Source: Minisyncoccota bacterium | GTDB taxonomy: Bacteria; Patescibacteriota; Minisyncoccia; Minisyncoccales; Minisyncoccaceae | Reading direction: 5' to 3' | DNA length: 30,215 bases | Assembly: GCA_028703995.1 (NCBI GenBank) | Contig: JAQVLU010000001.1 | Span: forward strand, 1 to 30,215 | Shown here: in pieces, positions 17,715-26,924 of the stretch | How positions within the stretch are numbered: the stretch's first letter is position 1 | Layout of the letters: every line of letters starts with the position of its first letter | Position numbers and translations under genes: made by a program | Notes under the pieces: generated by a model | What the model was told of the DNA's origin: nothing | Seen by the model: only the letters and a program-made list of their open reading frames with translations | The model's database searches: none

Positions 17715-17728
17715 TAAAAAGATATATT
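17700..17728 (+). promoter_or_regulatory. Putative promoter of the DUF2090 gene
   Basis: TTGAAA (17700-17705), 17-nt spacer, TATATT (17723-17728), ending 6 nt before the ATG at 17735. Confidence 0.5.
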
Positions 17729-17734
17729 ATAAGT

Positions 17735-18553
17735 ATGAAATTATATATTTTACCATTTGATCATCGTTCTTCTTTTATTAAGCTTTTAAACAAGCCTGAT
17801 AAAAAGAAAGTTCAAGAATTAAAACAAATCATTTTTGATGGATTTCTAAAAGTTTACAATAATTATCCAAAGAAAAAAGACTTAGGCATCTTAGTTGATG
17901 AAAAATACGGAGAAGAAATAATTAAATTCGCTAAAGAAAAAAAGATTACTTTTTGTCTGCCAATAGAAAAAAGCGGTAAAAAAGTTTTAGAGTTAGAATA
18001 CAAAGACTTAAAAAAAATCAAAGAAATAAATCCTGATTACATTAAGATATTAATTAGATATAATCCTTTAAATATTAAAACAAACAAAAAACAACTTCTT
18101 ACTCTTAAGAAAGTTGATGCTTTTTGTTTAAAAAATGAATATAAGGTAATTTTAGAATTATTAGTTCCTCCCACAAAAAAAGATTTAAAATTAACCAAAG
18201 ACTATGATCGATATTTAAGGCTTGAAAGAACTATCGGCGCCTTAAAAGAAATACAAGAAAACATTAAAGTTAATATTTGGAAATTAGAAGGCTTTAATGA
18301 AAAAGAATGGAAAGAAATTAATAAAATAACAAAATCTAAAATAATATTTTTAGGTAGAGGTGAATCAAAAAATAAAGTAATAAAATGGCTTCTTCAAGCC
18401 AAAAAAAGTAAAAACATTATTGGTTTTGCTATCGGAAGAACAACTTTCTTAGAGCCAATAACAAAATACATTGAAGGTTCTTTTTCTAAAGAAAAAGCAT
18501 CTTTAAAGATAGCTAATAATTTTAAATATTTTATTGATCTTTTCAATAAATAA
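17735..18553 (+). CDS. DUF2090 family protein (stand-alone homolog of the IolC C-terminal domain; class I aldolase-like TIM barrel)
   Basis: Motifs LYILPFDHR, GILVDEKYG, PIEKSG, KILIRYNP, WKLEG, LGRG and GFAIGRTTF. Confidence 0.82.
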   Translation: MKLYILPFDHRSSFIKLLNKPDKKKVQELKQIIFDGFLKVYNNYPKKKDLGILVDEKYGEEIIKFAKEKKITFCLPIEKSGKKVLELEYKDLKKIKEINPDYIKILIRYNPLNIKTNKKQLLTLKKVDAFCLKNEYKVILELLVPPTKKDLKLTKDYDRYLRLERTIGALKEIQENIKVNIWKLEGFNEKEWKEINKITKSKIIFLGRGESKNKVIKWLLQAKKSKNIIGFAIGRTTFLEPITKYIEGSFSKEKASLKIANNFKYFIDLFNK

Positions 18554-19718
18554 TAATTTCTCCTTTTTCTATTTCCTCTTTAAGTTCCGAAGAAGAAATA
18601 GAAGCTAAAAAATTAAGGATACTTTTATCTCCCAAACTTGGCTGAGCCTTTTCTTCTTTTATGGGGAAAATACTGTAAACTTCTTTTCCTTCAACAAACT
18701 CTAAACCAACCATAATCCCTTGTTGCGTTTCTTCTGAAAAATATTGATCAAAGATAAAATTACCCAAAGAATAAAAAATTAATTTATTCTTATATTTTTC
18801 TACATTTTGAATTACGTGAGGATGTCCTCCGATAATTAAATCCGCCCCATTATCAATCATGAGGTGTGCTAATTCTTCTTGGAATAAAGAAGCTTTATGC
18901 TCGTATTCATTTCCAAAATGAGGCAAAACTACTAAGAACTTGTCGCTATATTCTTCCTTTATTTTTTTAATATTTTCTATGATCTTCTCATTATTACAAT
19001 TAAAATCAAAAGTCTTGTTTACTCCATAGAAAACAACTCCTGAAACAACCGCAATGTCAATCGCATCGCAAGTAACAGGATCTCCAAAATAAGAAATTTC
19101 TTTTTCGTTCAAATATTCTTTTGTTTCAATAAGGCCACTTGCATTCATATTAGAAGTATGGTTGTTAGCAAGAGAAAGAATATTGAAATTGTTTTCTTTA
19201 AGTGCTGAAGCAACCCTTTTATCAAAAGAAAAACTCATAGATGTTGCTGAAATAAAAACGGGTTCGCTCACAATCGGTCCTTCTAAATTTCCAATAAGAT
19301 TGTCTACTTTTTTTAAATAAGTTTCTATTTTAGAAAAAGGATAATTGAAATCATCATTTTTTTTCATTAAGAGTTCTACCCCCCTATCAAACATCATATC
19401 TCCTACGAATAAAAAATTAGGTTCAACTGATCCGCCACATTTATTCATAAAGTAAGAAACTCCATAAGAAGATAAAGTCTCTTTAAAAAAATCAGTTTCT
19501 ATAAATATTTTATTGTTGCAATCAAGAGTATCTAAAAAAGTCTCTAGAATAATTTTTTCTTTTCCTACTGAAACTATATTCTTTTCATAATCTATAGAAA
19601 AGAATTCAGAATCTTTTAAAGAAATATCCTTACCGGAAAAAGGAACTTCTAAATCTGAATCTATTCTATTAAAGAATAAGAAAGAAAGACAAATAATTAA
19701 AATTAATTTTTTAAACAT
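18543..19718 (-). CDS. CapA/PgsA family secreted metallophosphoesterase
   Basis: Motifs FVGDMMFDRG, NLEGPI, LANNH, PHFGNEY, IIGGHPHVIQ and YSLGNFIFDQ, with an N-terminal signal. Confidence 0.88.
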   Translation of the reverse strand: MFKKLILIICLSFLFFNRIDSDLEVPFSGKDISLKDSEFFSIDYEKNIVSVGKEKIILETFLDTLDCNNKIFIETDFFKETLSSYGVSYFMNKCGGSVEPNFLFVGDMMFDRGVELLMKKNDDFNYPFSKIETYLKKVDNLIGNLEGPIVSEPVFISATSMSFSFDKRVASALKENNFNILSLANNHTSNMNASGLIETKEYLNEKEISYFGDPVTCDAIDIAVVSGVVFYGVNKTFDFNCNNEKIIENIKKIKEEYSDKFLVVLPHFGNEYEHKASLFQEELAHLMIDNGADLIIGGHPHVIQNVEKYKNKLIFYSLGNFIFDQYFSEETQQGIMVGLEFVEGKEVYSIFPIKEEKAQPSLGDKSILNFLASISSSELKEEIEKGEIIIY

Positions 19719-20251
19719 ATTTTTCCTCTCAAAACCTCTAATTCGTTTTCGTTTTTTAAACTGACTAAAAGAGAAGGTTCTGATTTTGTTTCTCCAGAAT
19801 CGATATAAAAATCTATTTCTTCGGCAAAATACTTTTTGGCTTCATTAATATTTTTTGCAGGTAACTCCCCCTCTTTATTAACAGAAGTAGCTACAAGAGG
19901 TCCTGTTTTTTTAATTAAATCTATTAAATCTTTTTTTAAGGGCAATCTAAAAGCTAAAGAATTTAAGCCTCTATGCAAATGCTCGTATTTTTCACAAGGT
20001 AAAACAACGCTAACCTTACCAGGCCAAAACTCATTTAATATCTTAATTTGATTTAGAGTAAGTTTTATTCCAAAAACATCCGTCAAATCATTAAGAGAGG
20101 AAATTAAAATAACAAAAGGTTTTTTAGGATTTCTTTTTTTAATTTTATATATTCTTTCAACAACGTCTTTATCTAAAGCTTGCCCAACTATTCCATAAAT
20201 AGTATCTGTTAGAATAACTCCTATTTTTTTATTTAGTAAGGCTTTTTCCAT
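19703..20251 (-). CDS. tsaC: L-threonylcarbamoyladenylate synthase (TsaC/YrdC, single domain)
   Basis: Motifs TDTIYG, KKRNPKKP, WPGKVSVVLP, AFRLP and ATSVN. The ATG at 20251 has an AGGAAG SD-like motif upstream. Confidence 0.85.
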   Translation of the reverse strand: MEKALLNKKIGVILTDTIYGIVGQALDKDVVERIYKIKKRNPKKPFVILISSLNDLTDVFGIKLTLNQIKILNEFWPGKVSVVLPCEKYEHLHRGLNSLAFRLPLKKDLIDLIKKTGPLVATSVNKEGELPAKNINEAKKYFAEEIDFYIDSGETKSEPSLLVSLKNENELEVLRGKICLKN

Positions 20252-20882
20252 AAAAAGCACTTCCTTTACTTTTTAATTCTTTATAAATTTTAGCTCTAGC
20301 AACGATAGTTGTTGGAAGAGTGATTAATAGTCCTAAGCCAAAACAAAGTAATCCAGTAAAGTTAACAAATCCTAAAATTAATTCAAAGAAGAAAAGTTTC
20401 CAACAAAGAGAAGAGGTTAAAGAACTGCTTTTCTTAAATGATTCTCTTATGCCTACATTTTTTTCGTTTAGAACAATGAAGGGTGCAAATTGATATTTAA
20501 TTAAAAAAATTATTCCTGGAATGATAAAACAAATGAGTCCTAAAAAAATAATCAAGTTATAAGTAAATACAGTCAAAACAAATTTTGGAAAAACTGGTAA
20601 TAAATCATCTGTTTTTTTTATCTCTACTTTTTCTTTAGTTGTTAAAGACAAAGCTATTTTATATAAGCCAATAAAAAATACTAATGAAAGCAAAAGATAA
20701 ATTATAAAGAGAATAACATTAGATGTAAAAGCAATAAAAAATGGAAGCGAAGAAGGGTCTACATACGAAAAACCCATCATTAAAATAAAGATTGATAAAA
20801 AAACAAAAACAAAAAATACTAAATTATTAAGAACTCTATCTAAACCAAAACCAATATTTTCTCCTATGTTAAAATTTTTCAT
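20229..20882 (-). CDS. Integral membrane protein of unknown function
   Basis: Several TM helices and the GLICFIIPGIIFLIKYQFAPF motif. The track's extra N-terminal 29 aa lie inside the upstream gene; the ATG at 20882 follows the upstream stop by 4 nt. Confidence 0.7.
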   Translation of the reverse strand: MKNFNIGENIGFGLDRVLNNLVFFVFVFLSIFILMMGFSYVDPSSLPFFIAFTSNVILFIIYLLLSLVFFIGLYKIALSLTTKEKVEIKKTDDLLPVFPKFVLTVFTYNLIIFLGLICFIIPGIIFLIKYQFAPFIVLNEKNVGIRESFKKSSSLTSSLCWKLFFFELILGFVNFTGLLCFGLGLLITLPTTIVARAKIYKELKSKGSAFYGKSLTK

Positions 20883-20886
20883 ATTT

Positions 20887-21150
20887 TTATGCGCATCCTC
20901 CGCAAGCTCCGCATGAGCCAGAGCATCCAGAAGGAGGATTATTAAAAGCTTCTCTAAGTTCTTCTTCACTCAAAACAGTGCCAGAAGAAATTATTACATT
21001 ATTTATAACCACCAAAGGAAGTTCGTAAAGATCGCTTGTTTCTTCTACAAAACTAACCTCAATATCTTTAAAATCAAGAGAAACTTTCTTTGCTTTTTCA
21101 AAAAGCTCTGTTGATTCTTTTTGTTTATTCCCTACAATTAAAATTATCAT
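20887..21150 (-). CDS. Small thioredoxin-fold protein (MTH895/Thioredoxin_3-like) lacking the N-terminal CxxC, with a C-terminal Cys-rich tail
   Basis: MIILIVG...LPLVVINNVIISSGTVLSEEEL resembles small redox proteins (MKIKILG...TPALVIDG.V.SSG.VPS.EEI); the tail is GCSGSCGACGGCA. Confidence 0.6.
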   Translation of the reverse strand: MIILIVGNKQKESTELFEKAKKVSLDFKDIEVSFVEETSDLYELPLVVINNVIISSGTVLSEEELREAFNNPPSGCSGSCGACGGCA

Positions 21151-21170
21151 ATATTAAGATTATACTAAAA

Positions 21171-22355
21171 CTATTTTATTCGCGCAAGTCTTTTTTGATA
21201 GTTTATAGCGAAACGATGCGCCTCATCTCTTAAAGAAAGAAAAAGATTTTTATTGTTTTCAATAAAATCAATAGTCTCCTTATTATCTCCTCCATATATG
21301 AATTCATCTTTTTTTCTATCTTTTCCCTTAGCAATACCAAATACAAAAATATTTTTAAACATTTTTTTTCCTAGATTAACTTGCGCTCTTCCCCCATCTA
21401 TTAAAACAATGTCTGGAACGCCCCACTCTTTATGCTTAAGCCTTCTTTCAAAAACCTCCCTCAAACAATCAATATCGCTTTGCTTAAAAACAGTTTTAAT
21501 TTTAAATTTTTTATACTCTTTCTTAATCGGTCCATTTAAATCAGAAACAACCATACTCCCAACCTTGTTATCGTTCCCTAAATTAGAAATATCATAACCC
21601 TCTATTCTTAATTCTTTTTTCTTCTCATCAAAATAGTCTTCAACAAAACTTTTATTAATTAAAGAAGCGTCTTGTATCTTTTGTAATCTAAAAATTTGAA
21701 ACTTTACTCTGTTAGCCTCTTCGAAACGCTTTTCCTTAGCAAAAGCTTTCATTTGTTTTTCTAGATTTTTAATAACTCCTTTTTTGTTTCCATTTAAAAA
21801 TTGTATTAATGGTTTGATAACCCTTTTTTCATACTCCTCTTTATCAATTTTATTTATGCAAACCCCCAAACATTTTTTAATTTGATAATCAAAGCAAGGC
21901 TTTTGTTGATTAGGATTACATTTAGAAACAAAAAACAAAAAGTGCAAAAGCTTCATCATTTCTGCCGTTTTAATATTCGGATAAGGTCCAAATATCTTTT
22001 TCGCTTTTAACCCTTTCAAGTTATGTTCTCTAATTGCTTTCAATTTTGGAAAATCTTCCTTAGTCAAATAAAAATAAATCCAACTCTTGTCATCCTTTCC
22101 AATAACATTGTACTTAGGTTTAAATTTTTTAATATATTTTGCTTCTAATATAGAAGCTTCAATAACTGATTCTGTAACAATATACTTAATGTCATTGATT
22201 TCTTTTATTAAAACCTCAATCGGCCTCATGTTTTTAGAATGATTAAAATAACTTCTTACTCTACTTTTTAAAGAAGTTGCCTTTCCAACATATAAAAGCT
22301 CTTTATCTTTATAAAAAAGATAAATTCCTGATTTGTCTGGTAAATTTTTAATCAT
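21171..22355 (-). CDS. uvrC: Excinuclease ABC subunit C, short form (394 aa)
   Basis: GIY-YIG (GIYLF..YVGKA..LKSRVRSYF), a 4-Cys region, a UVR coiled coil, and an RNase H-like domain (RIEGYDIS, LIDGG, LRDEAHRFA). Confidence 0.92.
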   Translation of the reverse strand: MIKNLPDKSGIYLFYKDKELLYVGKATSLKSRVRSYFNHSKNMRPIEVLIKEINDIKYIVTESVIEASILEAKYIKKFKPKYNVIGKDDKSWIYFYLTKEDFPKLKAIREHNLKGLKAKKIFGPYPNIKTAEMMKLLHFLFFVSKCNPNQQKPCFDYQIKKCLGVCINKIDKEEYEKRVIKPLIQFLNGNKKGVIKNLEKQMKAFAKEKRFEEANRVKFQIFRLQKIQDASLINKSFVEDYFDEKKKELRIEGYDISNLGNDNKVGSMVVSDLNGPIKKEYKKFKIKTVFKQSDIDCLREVFERRLKHKEWGVPDIVLIDGGRAQVNLGKKMFKNIFVFGIAKGKDRKKDEFIYGGDNKETIDFIENNKNLFLSLRDEAHRFAINYQKRLARIK

Positions 22356-24880
22356 AAAACTTTTTTCAAATACTTCCCTGTATAAGAAGTGCTTGTTTTA
22401 AAAGATAAATCTTCAGGAGTTCCTTCGGCAATTACTTCGCCTCCAAAATCTCCTCCGTTAGGACCAAGATCGATTACCCAATCAGCTGTTTTGATAAAAT
22501 CTAGATTATGCTCAATAACAAGGACCGTGTTCCCTTGATCAACTAATTTTTGAATCACTTCTATTAACTTTTTAACATCTTCATAATGAAGCCCTGTTGT
22601 TGGTTCATCTAATAGATATAATGTCTTTGTTGTATTTTTTTTAGAAAGTTCTTTACTTAATTTAACTCGTTGTGCTTCTCCACCCGACAACGTTGTTGCA
22701 GACTGACCTAATCTTAAATATCCTAAACCAACTTCATTTAAAACTTTTAATTTATCGTAAATCTGAGGAATATCTTTAAAAAACAAAGCCGCTTCTTCTA
22801 TTGTTAAATTTAAAACTTCTGCGATATCTTTTCCTTTGTAATGAACTTCTAAAGTATCTCTGTTAAATCTTTTTCCCTTACAAACATCACAGACAACTTC
22901 TACATTTGGAAGAAAATGCATTTCAATTTCAATAACACCTCTTCCTTCACAATGCTCACATCTTCCTGAGGGCATATTAAAACTAAATCTTCCTGATTTA
23001 AACCCTTTAATTCTTGCTTCTTCTGTGGCTGCAAAAATTTCTCTTATATAATCAAAAACCTTTGTATATGTTGCTGGATTAGAACGAGGAGTTCTTCCTA
23101 TTGGAGATTGATCAATTTTTATTATTTTATCAATATATTCAAGATTTTTTATTTCCTTAACTTGTGTCTTATTTTTAAAACTTAATTTTTTATCAACCGT
23201 ATAATTATAGAGAACGTCATTCATTAAAGTTGATTTACCTGATCCAGAAACTCCAGTGAAACAAACGAATCTTTGAAGCGGTATTTTAACATTAATATGT
23301 TTTAAATTATTAGCAAAAGCATCTCTAATATCAAGCATTGGCATTAGCTTATCAACCATTCTTCTTTTTTTAGGAACTTCTATTGAAAGTTCTTTTCTTA
23401 AATATTTTCCAGTTAAACTTTTTTTAGAATCTCCTAAAATTTTAATTTCTGATTTAGGTTTAGTATTAAAAAGCATTGTTTCAAGCGGTCCAGAAAAAAC
23501 AATCTCTCCTCCATGCTCTCCCGCAAGTGGCCCAAAATCAACAATCCAATCAGAAGTTAAAATAGTGTCTTCGTCGTGTTCGACAACTATAATTGTATTT
23601 CCGATATCACATAGACTCCTTAATGTTTTAATTAATTTGTCGTTATCTCTTTGATGAAGCCCAATTGTTGGTTCATCAAGCACGTAAAGAGCCCCCACTA
23701 TTTTTGTACTAACTTGAGAAGCTAATCTTATTCTTTGCGCTTCTCCACCAGACAAGGTTCCAGACCTTCTATTTAAATCAATATAATTTAATCCAACATC
23801 TAACAAAAACTTCAACCTATTTTTAATTTCGTTTAAAATGTTTTCCGCTATTTCTTCTTCTTTTTTATTTAATTTTAAATTATTGATAAAATCAAAAGCA
23901 TCTTGAATGTTATAACTTGTAACGTCCCAAATATTTTTATTATTTATCCTTACGCTAAGAGCGTTTTTATTTAATCTTTTTCCCCCACAAACTGGACAAG
24001 GCTTATCTGAAAGGAAACTTTCTGTTCCAATACCTTTACAGTATTCGCAATATCCAAAAGGATTATTAAAACTAAACAATCTTGGTTCTATCTCAGGGAA
24101 ACTAAAACCACATTTAGGACAAGAATAACTTGTACTAAAAACATATTCTTTGTCTTCTGTTTTTAAAATACATAAACCGTCTGCTAAATCAATTGCTGTT
24201 TCTACTGCTTCACTTAATCTAAATTCAAAATCTTTATCTTTTTCTGTTTTATCAAATTTATCAATAACCACTTCTATATTATGTTTTTTACCTTTTTCAA
24301 TAATAATCCTTTCGGTCAGCTTTTTAATTTTCTTATCAATTCTCACTTCTAAAAAACCTGATTCATATAAATCTTGAATCAATTGATAATATTCACCCCT
24401 TCTTCCTCTAACAACAGGAGATAAGATTGAAAATTCAACCCCGTCTTTAATTTGATTTTTAATATTATCTACAATTTCGTCTAAAGACATTTTTTCAATC
24501 AAAACGTTACACTCGGGACAATAAGGTTTTCCTATTCTAGCAAACAAAACTCTTAAATAGTCATATATTTCAGTAATTGTCGCTACTGTTGATCTTGGAT
24601 TAGAGTTGTGAGCTTTTTGACTAATGGCAATTGCAGGAGATAATCCTTCAATTTCATCAACATCAGGTTTTTGCATTCCTCCTAAAAATTGTCTTGCATA
24701 AGTTGATAAAGATTCTAAATATCTTCTTTGTCCTTCGGCAAAAATTGTATCAAAAGCTAAGCTAGATTTTCCAGATCCAGAAAGTCCAGTAAAAACAATC
24801 ATTTTTTCTCTTGGTATTTCTAAAGAGATATTTTTTAGATTATGCTCCCTAGCTCCTTTTATAATAATTTTATTTTGCAT
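22352..24880 (-). CDS. uvrA: Excinuclease ABC subunit A, 842 aa, lacking the insertion domain
   Basis: GAREHNLKN, two Walker A motifs ([16 protein letters not shown]), two LSGGEAQR signatures, LDEPT motifs and Zn-binding CxxC pairs. Confidence 0.96.
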   Translation of the reverse strand: MQNKIIIKGAREHNLKNISLEIPREKMIVFTGLSGSGKSSLAFDTIFAEGQRRYLESLSTYARQFLGGMQKPDVDEIEGLSPAIAISQKAHNSNPRSTVATITEIYDYLRVLFARIGKPYCPECNVLIEKMSLDEIVDNIKNQIKDGVEFSILSPVVRGRRGEYYQLIQDLYESGFLEVRIDKKIKKLTERIIIEKGKKHNIEVVIDKFDKTEKDKDFEFRLSEAVETAIDLADGLCILKTEDKEYVFSTSYSCPKCGFSFPEIEPRLFSFNNPFGYCEYCKGIGTESFLSDKPCPVCGGKRLNKNALSVRINNKNIWDVTSYNIQDAFDFINNLKLNKKEEEIAENILNEIKNRLKFLLDVGLNYIDLNRRSGTLSGGEAQRIRLASQVSTKIVGALYVLDEPTIGLHQRDNDKLIKTLRSLCDIGNTIIVVEHDEDTILTSDWIVDFGPLAGEHGGEIVFSGPLETMLFNTKPKSEIKILGDSKKSLTGKYLRKELSIEVPKKRRMVDKLMPMLDIRDAFANNLKHINVKIPLQRFVCFTGVSGSGKSTLMNDVLYNYTVDKKLSFKNKTQVKEIKNLEYIDKIIKIDQSPIGRTPRSNPATYTKVFDYIREIFAATEEARIKGFKSGRFSFNMPSGRCEHCEGRGVIEIEMHFLPNVEVVCDVCKGKRFNRDTLEVHYKGKDIAEVLNLTIEEAALFFKDIPQIYDKLKVLNEVGLGYLRLGQSATTLSGGEAQRVKLSKELSKKNTTKTLYLLDEPTTGLHYEDVKKLIEVIQKLVDQGNTVLVIEHNLDFIKTADWVIDLGPNGGDFGGEVIAEGTPEDLSFKTSTSYTGKYLKKVL

Positions 24881-26879
24881 TTTTTTTTATTTCTTTTTCA
24901 AGCTCTTTAACTTCGTCTCTTAAAAGAGCCGCTAATTCAAATTCTAATCTTTCTGCTGCTTCTGCCATTTGTTTCTTTTTTTCTCTTAAGATTTCTTTTG
25001 TGCTTCTTCCATCTCCTAAAAGATCTAATTTAACAAGTTGTTTTTTCTCTCTACTTTTATTTAAATTAAACTGATCTAATATATTCGTAATATTCTTCTT
25101 AATTGTTTTTGGGGTAATATTATTTTCTTTATTGTATTTTACCTGAACTTCCCTTCTTCTATCAGTTTCGCTAATTGCTTTTTTGATAGAGTCTGTAATG
25201 TTATCTGCATATAAGATCACTCTTCCGTTTTCGTTTCTTGCTGCCCTTCCAATAGTTTGAATTAAACTAGTCTCGTTTCTCAAAAAACCTTCCTTATCTG
25301 CATCAAGTATCGCCACTAAAGAAACTTCTGGAATATCTAAACCTTCTCTTATTAAATTAACCCCGACAATAATATCTATTAACCCTTTTCTTAAATCAGT
25401 AATAATACCCACCCTGTCTAAAGTTTTAATATCTGAATGTAAATATTTTACTTTAAATTTTTTATCTTCTAAAAAAGAAGTTAAATCTTCAGCCATTCTT
25501 TTGCTTAGAGTGGTTACAAGTGTCTTTTCTCCTTTTTTAACTTGTTTTTCTATTTCTAAAATTAAATCGTCTACTTGAGATAAATTAGATAAAGAAGAAA
25601 CAATAGGCCTTATGTCTATTATAGGATCAATTAAACCTGTTGGCCTTACTATCTGCTCTACAATGTTTTCACTAGACGTCATTTCTTCTTCAGCTGGAGT
25701 AGCAGAAACATAAATAATATTGTTAATTAGATTATTAAATTCTAAATAAGTTAATGGTCGATTATCGTAAGCAGAAGGTAACCTAAAACCATTATCTATT
25801 AAAGCAGTCTTTCTTGCTTTATCACCATTATACATAGCTCTAATTTGAGGCAAAGTAACGTGTGACTCATCTATGACAATTAAAAAATCTTCTTTCGCAT
25901 TTTTAAAATAGTCTAAAAGAGTAAAAGGAGGCTCTCCTTTTTTTCTTTTATCAAAATGAGCAGAATAGTTTTCAATCCCTTGGCAATAACCAATGTTTTC
26001 TATCATCTCAAGGTCATAATTAACCCTCTTTTTAAGTCTTTCGTATTCAACTAGTTTATTTTCTTTTTTAAAATATTCTAACCTTTCCTCAAGCTCTTCT
26101 CTGATACTTTTTATAGCTGAAATTTTTTCCTCTTCATTGATAATGTAATGAGTGGCTGGAAAAATACTTACGGCTTCAATTTCTTCTAAAAATTCTCTCG
26201 TTAAATAATCTATTTTTTCTATTTTTTCTATTTTATCTGTGATAATAAATCGATAAATAACTTTTTCATTAACAGGCATTACTTCTAAAACTTGGCCTCT
26301 TAAACGAAAAGTTCCTCTTTTTAAATCAGTCGTTGTTCTTTCAAAATGAATTTCAATTAACTTTTTTGCTAATTCTTTGTGTTTTATTTCCTCTCCTTTT
26401 TTAAAGATAAAAATTATCTTTTCATATTCTTTAGGAGAACCCAATCCATAGATAGCTGAAACCGAAGAAACAATGATAACGTCTTTTCTAGTTAATAAAG
26501 CTTGTGTTGAAGCGTGCCTTAACCTATCTATTTCATCATTAATTTGCGCCTCCTTCTCTATATAGGTATCAGTCCGAGGAAGATAACTTTCTGGTTGAAA
26601 GTAATCATAATAACTCACAAAATACTCAACCGCATTGTCAGGAAAAAATTCCCTAAACTCATTACAAAGCTGAGCGGCTAAGGTTTTGTTGTGAGAAATC
26701 ACTAGGGTTGGTTTCTTTATCTTATCAATAACATTAGCAATCGTAAAAGTTTTTCCTGAACCAGTTACTCCAAGTAAGGTTTGTTTTTTAAACCCTTTTT
26801 TTAAACCTAATAAAAGCTCTTTTATAGCTTTTACTTGATCTCCTTTTGGCTTCATTTCACTTTTTAAATTAAAATCCAT
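24870..26879 (-). CDS. uvrB: Excinuclease ABC subunit B
   Basis: Motifs [20 protein letters not shown] beta-hairpin, DESH, GFRLPSA and [11 protein letters not shown], plus a C-terminal UVR domain. Preferred start is the ATG at 26879; the track starts at a TTG at 26888. Confidence 0.96.
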   Translation of the reverse strand: MDFNLKSEMKPKGDQVKAIKELLLGLKKGFKKQTLLGVTGSGKTFTIANVIDKIKKPTLVISHNKTLAAQLCNEFREFFPDNAVEYFVSYYDYFQPESYLPRTDTYIEKEAQINDEIDRLRHASTQALLTRKDVIIVSSVSAIYGLGSPKEYEKIIFIFKKGEEIKHKELAKKLIEIHFERTTTDLKRGTFRLRGQVLEVMPVNEKVIYRFIITDKIEKIEKIDYLTREFLEEIEAVSIFPATHYIINEEEKISAIKSIREELEERLEYFKKENKLVEYERLKKRVNYDLEMIENIGYCQGIENYSAHFDKRKKGEPPFTLLDYFKNAKEDFLIVIDESHVTLPQIRAMYNGDKARKTALIDNGFRLPSAYDNRPLTYLEFNNLINNIIYVSATPAEEEMTSSENIVEQIVRPTGLIDPIIDIRPIVSSLSNLSQVDDLILEIEKQVKKGEKTLVTTLSKRMAEDLTSFLEDKKFKVKYLHSDIKTLDRVGIITDLRKGLIDIIVGVNLIREGLDIPEVSLVAILDADKEGFLRNETSLIQTIGRAARNENGRVILYADNITDSIKKAISETDRRREVQVKYNKENNITPKTIKKNITNILDQFNLNKSREKKQLVKLDLLGDGRSTKEILREKKKQMAEAAERLEFELAALLRDEVKELEKEIKKNAK

Positions 26880-26888
26880 GGTAAACAA

Positions 26889-26917
26889 AATCTACCAAAT
26901 ATAATAAAATTAATCAA
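26889..26917 (-). promoter_or_regulatory. Putative sigma70 promoter of the uvrB-uvrA-uvrC operon
   Basis: TTGATT (26917-26912), 17-nt spacer ending TG-G, TAGATT (26894-26889), 9 nt before the ATG at 26879. Confidence 0.55.
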
Positions 26918-26924
26918 TATAAGA

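Noticed and set aside
18543-19718. Poly-gamma-glutamate capsule locus
   Set aside because: Only a CapA-family gene is present, with no capB or capC nearby, and stand-alone CapA homologs are widespread.
20890-20930. CxxxCxxC read as a radical SAM motif
   Set aside because: The motif is at the extreme C-terminus of an 87-aa protein with no room for a TIM barrel.
20883-20969. Signal-peptide-like N-terminal extension of the membrane protein (MKKNLEKLLIILLLDALAHA...)
   Set aside because: It is an alternative frame of the Cys-tail region of the upstream gene. The ATG at 20882, just after the upstream stop, is the simpler start.
21140-21175. Frameshifted remnant of the UvrC HhH domain
   Set aside because: Only 20 nt separate the stop from the next gene, and the next gene shows no IPGIG-type HhH signature.
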